The translations under genes were made by a program, and so were the position numbers. 64,000 bases of DNA from Hyphomicrobiales bacterium (GTDB lineage Bacteria > Pseudomonadota > Alphaproteobacteria > Rhizobiales > JANPGK01), in the NCBI GenBank assembly GCA_031423895.1, contig JANPGK010000008.1, positions 278-64,277 of the forward strand, given 5' to 3'. Below, one piece after another: positions 8,958-19,599 of this stretch. Numbering within the stretch: the stretch's first letter is position 1; every line of letters begins with the position of its first letter. The notes below the pieces were generated by a model. The model did not search any database. It was not told where the DNA came from and saw nothing but the letters and a program-made list of their open reading frames with translations.

Positions 8958-11327
8958 CTATAGCGGCGGCGCGGCTTTTTGTCCTACCGATTGCGACACT
9001 TTTGTTTCGCCCAATGTGCGCAAATTCACGCGGAACATAATATCATGTGTTGGCACATCCACAATATTGCGCACGCGGGTGCCTTTATATTCTACCGATG
9101 CGGTGGTGCATTCATCTTGATAGGTGATGCCCATATATTCGCTGATGCGCTTATTGCTCTCTAAATTATGGTATGCCCCGCCATAAACCGACCATTGATC
9201 GGTGAGTTTATAGCGCAAATGTGCGAACAGCGCTTGATCATAAGTGTAATTGCCAAGCAATTCTTGCGGCGCTACATTCAAATACCCTAGATTAGCGGTC
9301 AGTGGGCCAAAATTACCCGACACATCAAACGCACCGCGCTGCATGGCAAATGTCTCTTTATCAAAGCGCATGCGCGCCGAGAATTTTAGCGTTTCATTGG
9401 GTTGGAACGAGAGGCGGCTGACATAATCCGACGTGTGGCTTTGCAAGCCAGAATCAAACCCAACCCGCAGCAAATCTTGTGTGCCATAGGAATTGCGCCC
9501 CATCACATGGAAGGATTCTCCGATCATCGCACCAATATTCATACCGTTATTCATTAGCAATGAATATTGCACGCCTGCATTCACGCGCGTGCCGCCTTCC
9601 ATGCGGTCATACCCTGAGAATTTATTGGTATCGAACAGGTTGGAATCGTCAAAAATAAAGCTTTGCGAATCTTCATTTGGTAATGAGCCAATGCGGCGCT
9701 CATTGGGGCGCACCACAGCTTGCACAATTGGTTCAATAATTTGCGTGCCAATATCGGACGCGCTGATGAACGGATAGCGATATTCCATGCCAAATGCGGG
9801 CATGCCGCGCAATGTGACAGCAGGTTCGTTGCGCAGTGGGTAGGGCAAAACGGCGTCATATGCAGCGTTAGAATCAACCTCGTAACGCACCAAATCGCTG
9901 CGCAGTGAGGCAAATGGCATCCAGACTTGCCCCAGAGGATCAATAAAATTCTGCTTCCAGCCCAATTGCGTGCTCAGTCGTGTGGAATTGCCTGGCATAC
10001 CATAAATGAAATTATACGCGCCCGTAGATGTGGTGCGTGCGGCATAATCGAGGCCATTGCGGGTGACGCTGGTGAAGTTTGTATCAAATGAGAATTGCCC
10101 GCCGATCAACTTTGGCAGCGAGAACACCGTGGAATAATCCACAACAGGGTGAACAAGCGGGAAGTAGCGGTCGACATCGGCACCAGAGAGCCCTGTGAAC
10201 TTCATCAATCGAGCGTCAAAATAACTGTGCTCACCCATGCCGCGCAAAAACACTTCCGATGTCAGCTCGGTATCAGGCCCAAGGCGATAATCGCGCAAAT
10301 AGCGGCGGTCGCTCAACGTGGTGCCATTCCAGCCCCATTGCCAATTTTGGTTGATATTGAATAGGCCAGAGGTGCTCACCGCACCGCGCCATTCACGATT
10401 GCCAGGGTAGCGCATGGCTTCAGGGTCGAGCTGATAAATGCCGCTGGCGCGCACCGCATATTCGCCCGTTTCAAACCGCTGGCGCCATTCCGTTTTCATA
10501 TGCAGCCCTTGGCGGCTGGTGATCATCGGCGTGATGGTGGCATCGTAATCGGGCGCAAGGTTCAAATAATAGGGTGCAGAAATAAACGCACCCAGCGCTG
10601 TTTTATAGCCATACACAGGGTGAAGCCAGCCAGAGCGGCGGCGTACGGTTGGGTCGGGCGCAGTGAAAAACGGAAAATAGCCAACGGGAAAGCCCCATAG
10701 TTCCAAGCGCGCATCGTGATAATACACAGTGCGCTCGGTTTTATTGTGAATCACCTTGGCCGACTTCACCTGCCACAGCGGCGGCTTTGATGGGTCGTCC
10801 TTGCACGGCTCGCACGCAGTATACACACCCTTAGTATATTCGGTGAGGTTGCCATCTTGCCGCTCCGCCCGCTGCGCCGCAAAATGGGTGCGATCAACAG
10901 GGTTGTCCGACTTCATGGCATTGATGAAGCCTTTTTGGAAGTTTTGGGTGATATCGGCATCATTGGCGTAAATCACTTGACCATTGGGCTCGATCAACTT
11001 CACATTGCCCACCGCCACTACGCGCTTGGTTTCGCGGTAAAATGTGATGGTGTCTGCCAAAACGGTGTGTCCTTGGCGATACACTTGCGCCGCGCCGCGT
11101 GCCACCAATGTGTTGGTGTCTTTATTATTGATCAGCTCATCAGCTTCCACCAACATTTCATCGGATGCAGGGTCTTTTTTGGGTTGATCGTCGCTCAAAA
11201 CAGCATTCAGGGCATTTGCCGCATGTGCGCTTGACGCATTCAATATGCTGCCACCACACAGCACAGCCAGCCCCAGCGCAAAACGCCAAGATACTGTGCT
11301 CAATAGGGATGCCCACGATAAACGCAT
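8958..11327 (-). CDS. lptD: LPS-assembly outer-membrane protein LptD
   Basis: 789 aa with a signal peptide, an OstA-like N-terminal domain and a large beta-barrel. It lies downstream of an LptF/G permease gene, as in other alphaproteobacteria. Confidence 0.9.
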   Translation of the reverse strand: MRLSWASLLSTVSWRFALGLAVLCGGSILNASSAHAANALNAVLSDDQPKKDPASDEMLVEADELINNKDTNTLVARGAAQVYRQGHTVLADTITFYRETKRVVAVGNVKLIEPNGQVIYANDADITQNFQKGFINAMKSDNPVDRTHFAAQRAERQDGNLTEYTKGVYTACEPCKDDPSKPPLWQVKSAKVIHNKTERTVYYHDARLELWGFPVGYFPFFTAPDPTVRRRSGWLHPVYGYKTALGAFISAPYYLNLAPDYDATITPMITSRQGLHMKTEWRQRFETGEYAVRASGIYQLDPEAMRYPGNREWRGAVSTSGLFNINQNWQWGWNGTTLSDRRYLRDYRLGPDTELTSEVFLRGMGEHSYFDARLMKFTGLSGADVDRYFPLVHPVVDYSTVFSLPKLIGGQFSFDTNFTSVTRNGLDYAARTTSTGAYNFIYGMPGNSTRLSTQLGWKQNFIDPLGQVWMPFASLRSDLVRYEVDSNAAYDAVLPYPLRNEPAVTLRGMPAFGMEYRYPFISASDIGTQIIEPIVQAVVRPNERRIGSLPNEDSQSFIFDDSNLFDTNKFSGYDRMEGGTRVNAGVQYSLLMNNGMNIGAMIGESFHVMGRNSYGTQDLLRVGFDSGLQSHTSDYVSRLSFQPNETLKFSARMRFDKETFAMQRGAFDVSGNFGPLTANLGYLNVAPQELLGNYTYDQALFAHLRYKLTDQWSVYGGAYHNLESNKRISEYMGITYQDECTTASVEYKGTRVRNIVDVPTHDIMFRVNLRTLGETKVSQSVGQKAAPPL

Positions 11328-11421
11328 GCCCTTGGTTAACTGCTTTTTAACAGTTTGTCACGCCCGATTGCCACGAAATATGCGCTTGATTCCCAACAAA
11401 GTTAATGAAATGTGAATATCG

Positions 11422-12561
11422 TTAACGCTTAGGGCTTGCCTGCACTTCTGTGCGTTGGGGCCTTTTTGGTAGGATGTGCATACGTTTCCAGCCCAAAAGT
11501 GCGAAAATACTTACCAGCAACACGACAATCGGCACGCCATAGCCTAAAAACACCCCTGTCATCGAGCGTGCGGCCATGCCCGATGCCGCAAAGCCAAAAA
11601 TCCGTAAGCTCAGCGCAATCCCCACTGCGAGCAACAAAATTTGCAAGCGATTCTGCCGCGTGGTGCGCGCTTTGCCCATAAAGGCCAGCGCTAGCAATGG
11701 CATCACAAACGCATAAAGCGGCGCGATGAACCGATCATGCAGTTCGGCACGAAATCGCCCAACCATAAACCGTGAAACTTCATCTGTGCCTGTGGGCGCC
11801 ATCAATTCCGACGTGCGGCGCTCGCGCGGTTTATAATTCAGCTTGGCTTTGTCGGAGGTAATATCAGACAAATCAATGGCATAACGCACAAATTGCACCT
11901 GCGATTCCTTCCCATCGGGCGCATTACGATACAACATCCCGTTATCCATGATCAAAAAGCTACCATTGGCGTTTTTGACAATCTGCCCCGCTTCGGCAAA
12001 ATAGCTGGTGGTAAGGTTCACATCGCGTTTATCTTGCAAAAATATCCCCGAAAGCGTGCCGCTGGGCGCGCGCGCGTGCAGGTGAAACACCACGCCTTCA
12101 TCCAGCGTGAGAAATTGCCCTGGCCGCACCGCATTGGTGATCAAATCCGCCCGCACAGCGCTCAAGTAATGCCGCAATTCCCGCTGGGCGCTGGGGCTCA
12201 CCTCAAGGCTCATCAATGCCACAAATGCCGCGATCAAGCTTCCCAACACAACAAATGGCTGCGCCAACCGCCATGGCGAAGCGCCACTGGCCACCATCAC
12301 CACCCATTCACTATCCGCCTGAAATTTATTCAACGCCGAAAGACACGCAATAAACAGCGCAACGGGCAAAATAATCATCAAAATGGTGGGCATAGTGAGC
12401 CACGTAAGGGTGAACAATAGCTCGAGCGATTGCCCTTTATTGGTCACCAAATCCAAATCGCGCAGGGCTTGACTCACCCAAATAATACTCACCAACACGC
12501 CCAAAATCGACATGAATGTAAGCGCCGCCTGCGTGAAGATATAGCGAAAGAGAAGTGACAC
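11422..12561 (-). CDS. LPS export ABC transporter permease, LptF/LptG (YjgP/YjgQ) family
   Basis: N-terminal LFRYIFTQ, six predicted TM segments flanking a periplasmic domain, and RFRAELHDRFIAPLYAFV resembling the LptF RARAELNWR region. Adjacent to lptD. Confidence 0.8.
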   Translation of the reverse strand: MSLLFRYIFTQAALTFMSILGVLVSIIWVSQALRDLDLVTNKGQSLELLFTLTWLTMPTILMIILPVALFIACLSALNKFQADSEWVVMVASGASPWRLAQPFVVLGSLIAAFVALMSLEVSPSAQRELRHYLSAVRADLITNAVRPGQFLTLDEGVVFHLHARAPSGTLSGIFLQDKRDVNLTTSYFAEAGQIVKNANGSFLIMDNGMLYRNAPDGKESQVQFVRYAIDLSDITSDKAKLNYKPRERRTSELMAPTGTDEVSRFMVGRFRAELHDRFIAPLYAFVMPLLALAFMGKARTTRQNRLQILLLAVGIALSLRIFGFAASGMAARSMTGVFLGYGVPIVVLLVSIFALLGWKRMHILPKRPQRTEVQASPKR

Positions 12562-12731
12562 GAGTTTGCCTTTTTTGTCACCACATCGTTAAACAGGAAT
12601 GGCCCATCGCGCAAGTGGTGATACGATGATTTCAACGTAAGGACACCATATTTGCTATCTAAAGACGTAAGTTACTATTCTTAATAAACATGACTAATTT
12701 TCAAATAAGTTAATGAATGTTAATATTATAA

Positions 12732-13298
12732 ATGAAAATGATGAAAGGAAAAGCCATGTCAAAAATACCTTCGATTTCTGCGAGTGATCTTGTTGGTGGG
12801 ATATATCAACCAAATAACAGTGATGAGGCAGGAAAATCAGCAGCATTAAGTGAATGGCGTCGTGCTCAAATTCTTACACAGCGTCAGAATGCGGATGGAG
12901 CAGGCGTGAATGGCAAGAAAGATAATCAGATTACACCAGATGAAGCGCGCAGTTATGTCAGCACAACCAAAGCAGAGGCTCACAATTTAGCGCAACGGCT
13001 TGGGATTTCAATGCCGAAAAGCAACGATTTGAGTAGCAAAGAAATGACTCTAAGAGCGGCTCGCGAACATAAACAAGATCAGTCAACATTCGATCAGTCT
13101 TTTACCAAAGGAGAATATGACAGAACAAGCCTAAGATTTGCTTATAATAATTACAAATATGGAGATCTAAGCAAAGATGAAGCAAATAAAATATATGCAT
13201 ATCTTGTCGATGGGGATTTAAAAAATCCGCAAGATGTGATTGGGCAATTTGGGGACGACATTCCCAATATGGCCAAATTACAAACCAAGTATGATTAA
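12732..13298 (+). CDS. hypothetical protein, AT-rich orphan (no TM, no recognised domain)
   Basis: Long ORF in an AT-rich block preceded by an AT-rich promoter-like region. The likelier start is the ATG at 12756, after GAAAGGAAAA. No family recognised. Confidence 0.5.
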   Translation: MKMMKGKAMSKIPSISASDLVGGIYQPNNSDEAGKSAALSEWRRAQILTQRQNADGAGVNGKKDNQITPDEARSYVSTTKAEAHNLAQRLGISMPKSNDLSSKEMTLRAAREHKQDQSTFDQSFTKGEYDRTSLRFAYNNYKYGDLSKDEANKIYAYLVDGDLKNPQDVIGQFGDDIPNMAKLQTKYD

Positions 13299-13388
13299 GG
13301 AGGTGCGCATCAAGATTCTTTAGCGCTTTACGCCCGCAAAAAAGCCCGCTAAGGCTTGGCTATGAAAAATCAGCTGAAAGAATTATTG

Positions 13389-14105
13389 ATGCGCCCATCC
13401 CTTCGTACGCCAGAACAAATGCGCCCCATTTCCATTGAAAAATCGGTCACACGTTATGCTGAGGGCTCGTGTTTGGTGAAATTTGGTAACACCCATGTGT
13501 TAGTGACAGCCAGCGTAGAAGAAAAAGTGCCACCCCATGTGCGCGGCACTGGCAAAGGCTGGGTGACCGCGGAATATGGCATGCTACCCCGCGCCACACA
13601 TGAGCGCATGCGCCGCGAATCCGCCGCTGGCAAACAATCGGGCCGCACGGTGGAAATTCAACGCCTTATTGGCCGCTCATTGCGCACGGTGGTGGATTTG
13701 AACGCACTTGGCGAACGCCAAATTTTGGTGGATTGTGATGTATTGCAAGCGGATGGCGGCACGCGCACCGCCGCAATTTCTGGCGCATGGGTGGCGCTGC
13801 ATGAGGCCTTCACGTGGATGGAAGCCCGCAAAATGGTGAAATCGAACCCGCTGAAGGATCATCTGGCCGCCGTTTCTTGCGGTATATACAACGGCACGCC
13901 GGTGTTGGATCTCGATTATTTAGAGGATTCCGCCGCGCAAACCGATGCAAACTTTGTGCTCACTGGTTCAGGTAATATCATCGAAGTGCAAGGCACTGCC
14001 GAGAAGGACCCATTCTCTGAAGCGGAATTTTTGCAATTGCTGGGCCTTGCCCGCATCGGCGCTGCAGAAATTATCGCAGCGCAAAAAGCGGCGGTGGGGG
14101 TGTAA
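13389..14105 (+). CDS. rph: ribonuclease PH
   Basis: [18 protein letters not shown]...[21 protein letters not shown]...[15 protein letters not shown]. The start was moved to the conserved MRP (238 aa). Confidence 0.95.
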   Translation: MRPSLRTPEQMRPISIEKSVTRYAEGSCLVKFGNTHVLVTASVEEKVPPHVRGTGKGWVTAEYGMLPRATHERMRRESAAGKQSGRTVEIQRLIGRSLRTVVDLNALGERQILVDCDVLQADGGTRTAAISGAWVALHEAFTWMEARKMVKSNPLKDHLAAVSCGIYNGTPVLDLDYLEDSAAQTDANFVLTGSGNIIEVQGTAEKDPFSEAEFLQLLGLARIGAAEIIAAQKAAVGV

Positions 14106-14207
14106 TTTAATCAATCGAACGCAGAAGGTTATTCTGGTGCTCGTGATAAGTTATATTCGTGTCCTTAACCTTCCACTCTATACGACCATTTGATGACCGT
14201 CCGTTGA

Positions 14208-15029
14208 TCATACATGCCGCTGTACTTGGGCTAGTAAACTCAACGTCTTCTTGAAATATCCCTTTTTTGTATTTGGATCAAGCATAATTTTATTGCTTTC
14301 ATAAAGTTGATCCATTTTTTTTGCTGTACTGGGATTGTAGTCTCGCTTTGCGAGCCAACGCGGCTGAGCTATTGAGCCTTTGAGAACAATAAATATACCA
14401 TTTATTTCTTGTGCGTGGGCAACTAAATTTTGTTTTTTGTTTGTAAGTACAAAAATTGGTGATGCTTCATTTGATATATTTTTGTTTTGATTACTATCAT
14501 TAACATTAGAAACTTGAATTTTTTCTCGGAAATAATCTAACCCAAGAACTGGCAATATCAATTGAATTTGAGAAATAAAATATTCCATATCCGCAATATC
14601 GGCCTCTGGAAGCAAATCATACACTGGTGCGGTGGAGTTTATAATTTTTACAACTCCCGACTTCTGAACAATATTTATAAGTTTGCTTTCTAAAAAACGT
14701 GCGTGAGATTTGGTAATATTCTGATCTTTACTCGTGATCACACATGTCTTTTCCCAAAAATCTTTCGATGAATCACGGTTGTGCTGTGTTAAGCGAGCAC
14801 CCACATTGTCGCTTTCACCAATATATACTTGCGTTGCACCAGAACCTTCAGTATCATTTCCAGTAAGCAAATAAACACCAGTCTTTTTCATTTCTGGGCG
14901 CAAAATTAGCTCAGCAATTTTACTACGTGGTGAACACAATACGTGCCCTGTCCAATTCATAATCTCAGCTGTAAGAATCCCATTTGGTGATCCATCTGCC
15001 AGAAATATTTTGATGGATTTACCTTTCAC
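14208..15029 (-). CDS. GIY-YIG nuclease family protein with a split C-terminal DUF4357 domain (0-frame product; -1 frame continues to 14107)
   Basis: GIY-YIG core VYLLTG...QVYIGESDNVGARLTQH...FWEKTCVI...KSHARFLESKLI. The conserved DUF4357 tail (FTSPSTAA...NGRIEWK) is encoded in the -1 frame downstream of nt 14262. AT-rich. Confidence 0.75.
   Translation of the reverse strand: MKGKSIKIFLADGSPNGILTAEIMNWTGHVLCSPRSKIAELILRPEMKKTGVYLLTGNDTEGSGATQVYIGESDNVGARLTQHNRDSSKDFWEKTCVITSKDQNITKSHARFLESKLINIVQKSGVVKIINSTAPVYDLLPEADIADMEYFISQIQLILPVLGLDYFREKIQVSNVNDSNQNKNISNEASPIFVLTNKKQNLVAHAQEINGIFIVLKGSIAQPRWLAKRDYNPSTAKKMDQLYESNKIMLDPNTKKGYFKKTLSLLAQVQRHV
14262..14268 (-). other. A AAA AAG heptamer at the frame change of the GIY-YIG/DUF4357 gene (candidate -1 slippery site or homopolymer indel)
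   Basis: The minus strand reads aca aaa aag gga in the 0 frame. The -1 frame then reads GGG ATA TTT CAA GAA GAC GTT GAG TTT ACT AGC CCA AGT and onward to a TAA at 14107-14109. Confidence 0.5.
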
Positions 15030-15039
15030 AATTTCCCCC

Positions 15040-16704
<1,665 letters not shown>

Positions 16705-16901
16705 GTGCTGCGCCTCATTGATATATGGTGCACATGGCTAGAGGAAATTGCGGGGAAGCGCAAGATAGATTGAGCGGATATACGAATACGCAGGCGTGTA
16801 AGCCTATAGTTGAATTGTTGCACAGCGCATAAAATGATAAATTGAGGCCTGCTAATGCTATATTGGAGGCCTTTTTGGGCAAAATTGGCGCAACAACGCA
16901 T

Positions 16902-17900
16902 ATGAAAGAAACGACACCTCATCACGGTGGTGGGGCATTTAAGCAGGCTGTGCATAAGGCTAAAGCGCCAACTGCGCACAAGGATCCATTGCATTCATTG
17001 TTCAGCAGGCTCGCAACAAGCAGTGCGCAGCAAAAAAAGTTCAATATAGAAAAAATTCAGGCCGTTAACGCACTCAAAATTACATCGACACCTGATGGCC
17101 GCACCCCTAAAAGCTTTTCGTTTGTGCTGTCATACTCAAAGGATAAGACATCAAGGGCACAGTTTGAGAATTTGAACGCAAAAACAACACCCTATTTTTA
17201 TCATGACATTAGAGCATCAGAAAAATCTGATATGGTCTATGTTTTTAAGAAAACGCTCAAAGAGCATATTCTGAAATATGGCCTGCCTTTAGAAGAAGTT
17301 ATGTTTGGAGCGCATGGCGGTTCAATGAAGGTTTATGAGGAAACGCCTGTAAACAATAATAGCGATCAATCTGAAAACGTAGAAAATATGATTGATGCGA
17401 TTAAAGAGCTGCAGTCAGAATTTGGCGGAATGCAGATTACTAAGAACATTGTAATCCCAGGATGTCAGATTTTTACACGCCTAAGTGAAAAAAATGTACA
17501 TTACTTACATACATCAGCGCAGCAATTAAAATCAAAAATAGCCTCAGATACAATTGTAGAATGGGTCTGTTCTCAAAATTTAGGTCGCTTCTATGAATTT
17601 ACAGGTGATCCCTGTAAGCCCTTACAAATAAAGCGTATTTACAAACGAGATGACATATTGGCCCCGCTGGGGGCAGGATTCTCAGAGTTATTTTTGAACA
17701 CCAGAAAAGATACAGAGTGGATCAAATTTTACAATAATCACCGCGAATACAAAAATACAGATTTTGAAAAAGGTCAGAAATTGCACAAAGCATATGATGA
17801 ATGGGGTAAAAATAAACGCATTGAGGATGCAAAAAAGGCTAAAAAAGCACAAGAGCGATTTGAAGCTGTAAACTGGTCTAAAGCGGGGCTGCCTTTCTAG
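16902..17900 (+). CDS. hypothetical protein, AT-rich orphan with a caspase-like (clan CD-type) His-Gly...Cys arrangement
   Basis: The start was moved to MKETTPHH. EVMFGAHGGS (His codon 17313-17315) and NIVIPGCQIF (Cys codon 17463-17465) lie 50 residues apart, each after a hydrophobic strand. There is no confident family match. Confidence 0.45.
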   Translation: MKETTPHHGGGAFKQAVHKAKAPTAHKDPLHSLFSRLATSSAQQKKFNIEKIQAVNALKITSTPDGRTPKSFSFVLSYSKDKTSRAQFENLNAKTTPYFYHDIRASEKSDMVYVFKKTLKEHILKYGLPLEEVMFGAHGGSMKVYEETPVNNNSDQSENVENMIDAIKELQSEFGGMQITKNIVIPGCQIFTRLSEKNVHYLHTSAQQLKSKIASDTIVEWVCSQNLGRFYEFTGDPCKPLQIKRIYKRDDILAPLGAGFSELFLNTRKDTEWIKFYNNHREYKNTDFEKGQKLHKAYDEWGKNKRIEDAKKAKKAQERFEAVNWSKAGLPF

Positions 17901-17950
17901 GTTGAGCACCCCCATTTGCATTTTCCCCCATTTTCCGCCATAGGGGTGGC

Positions 17951-19495
17951 ATGAACACATCGCGCCCCAACACACCGCCTAAGAATTTTTCCAATAAAAA
18001 CGCTCAACAGGGCGGAGCCAAATCTGAAGGTGGAGGGCGGTTTATGGGCAATGCGGGTGCGCCGCCGTTTCAAAAGCGGGCGAAAATCCGCCCCAATGCG
18101 CGCTCTATCGCGGCCGATATTTTTGAAAAAGTGTTTGAAGATGGCACCCCGCTCGATGCCGCCACCGACCAAGCGCAAATGCTCAACACGCTTGAAGCGC
18201 GCGACCGCGCCTTTTGCATGGCCATTGTGCGCGCCAGTGTGCGCCATGCGGGGTGGTTGAACCTTGCATTAAAAGCACAATTGAAGCGCCCGCTGCCCAA
18301 AAATGCCACCTATGCCAAGGCGTTGCTCATCACCGCACTTGCGCAAAAGCTGATTTTGAACGTGCCCATGCACGCGGTGGGCAGTGAAACGCTGAAGCTT
18401 GCGGGGGGCAACCAACGCACGCAGCATTTAACGGGGCTCATGACCGCCATATTGCGCAATGCTGAATTTACCAGCGATTTTGCGCTCGACAATTGGCCGG
18501 GGTGGCTTGGCCATGGCTGGCGCTCGGCCTATGGCGCTGCTGCCGCACAAGAAATTGCTGCGGCCAGTATGCAGGAGCCCGCGCTTGATATTATGCCAAA
18601 ATCGCACCCGCAAGAATGGGCCGAAAAACTGGGTGGCACGTTGTTGCCCAATGGCACCATTCGCGTGGCAAGCGCCGGCAGTGTGGAGATGTTGGAAGGC
18701 TTTCATTCGGGCGATTGGTGGGTGCAAGACGCTGCCGCCACCATCCCCGTGTTGATGCTGGGCGATATTGCGGGCAAAACCGCGCTGGATATGTGCGCTG
18801 CCCCAGGTGGCAAAACCGCGCAAATGTGCGCAGCAGGTGCCATTGTCACAGCGGTGGATAAAGACAAAAAACGCATGGCGCGCTTGCAACAAAACATGGC
18901 GCGGCTTGGCTTCGCCCCCACCTGCGTGGTGAATAATGTGGTGCGGTATAAGCCTGAAATTAAAATTCAAGAAAAATCTGGCTCCCCCCTTGCGGGGGAG
19001 CTGTCGAGCCAATCCTTAATTGGTGAGACTGAGGGGGGTATTTTTCCTATTTCACAGAAAGAAAACCCCTCCCCCTACCCCCTCCCGCAAGGGGAGGGGA
19101 GGATTTTGTTCGACGCTATCCTTCTCGACGCCCCATGTTCAGCCACGGGCACATTGCGCAAGCGGCCCGATGTGGCGTGGCACCGCCGACCTGCCGAAAT
19201 CACCAGCCTCGCCACTTTGCAGGGCGATTTGATCGACCACGCCTTCACGCTGCTGAAGGATGGCGGCACGCTGGTCTATGCTGTGTGTTCGCTCGAACCA
19301 GCTGAGGGGGAAGCTGTGATTGCGGCATTTTTAGAGCGCACCCCCACCGCCGTAGTGATGCAGGATTGGGCGCAGGGCGCGCTGACAGAATTTAAAACGG
19401 AAGCGGGCTATATGCGCACATTCCCCCAAAATTGGGCGGAGCACGGCGGCATGGATGGCTTTTTCGCGGTGAAACTTATAAAGCATGTTGAATAA
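17951..19495 (+). CDS. rsmB: 16S rRNA (cytosine-C5)-methyltransferase RsmB/Sun family, carrying an in-frame repeat-element insertion
   Basis: Motifs DMCAAPGGKT, FDAILLDAPCSATG and LVYAVCSLEPAEGE. About 41 extra codons (SPLAGELSSQSLIGETEGGIFPISQKENPSPYPLPQGEGR) lie between them. Confidence 0.9.
   Translation: MNTSRPNTPPKNFSNKNAQQGGAKSEGGGRFMGNAGAPPFQKRAKIRPNARSIAADIFEKVFEDGTPLDAATDQAQMLNTLEARDRAFCMAIVRASVRHAGWLNLALKAQLKRPLPKNATYAKALLITALAQKLILNVPMHAVGSETLKLAGGNQRTQHLTGLMTAILRNAEFTSDFALDNWPGWLGHGWRSAYGAAAAQEIAAASMQEPALDIMPKSHPQEWAEKLGGTLLPNGTIRVASAGSVEMLEGFHSGDWWVQDAAATIPVLMLGDIAGKTALDMCAAPGGKTAQMCAAGAIVTAVDKDKKRMARLQQNMARLGFAPTCVVNNVVRYKPEIKIQEKSGSPLAGELSSQSLIGETEGGIFPISQKENPSPYPLPQGEGRILFDAILLDAPCSATGTLRKRPDVAWHRRPAEITSLATLQGDLIDHAFTLLKDGGTLVYAVCSLEPAEGEAVIAAFLERTPTAVVMQDWAQGALTEFKTEAGYMRTFPQNWAEHGGMDGFFAVKLIKHVE
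18982..19102. repeat. hairpin-terminated MITE/REP-like element, family A copy 1 (inside rsmB)
   Basis: Terminal GC hairpins CTCCCCCCTTGCGGGGGAG and CCCCCTCCCGCAAGGGGAGGGG are inverted copies of each other. The element is near-identical to 41045-41164. Confidence 0.85.
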
Positions 19496-19599
19496 ATAGT
19501 CATTTCCGTAATTTTAACATATTTTAACCATATCGCTTAAACTGCAATTTATCAATTTACTGTTTGATAGGGTTATTAATGTGGAAACGAGTACCCCCA

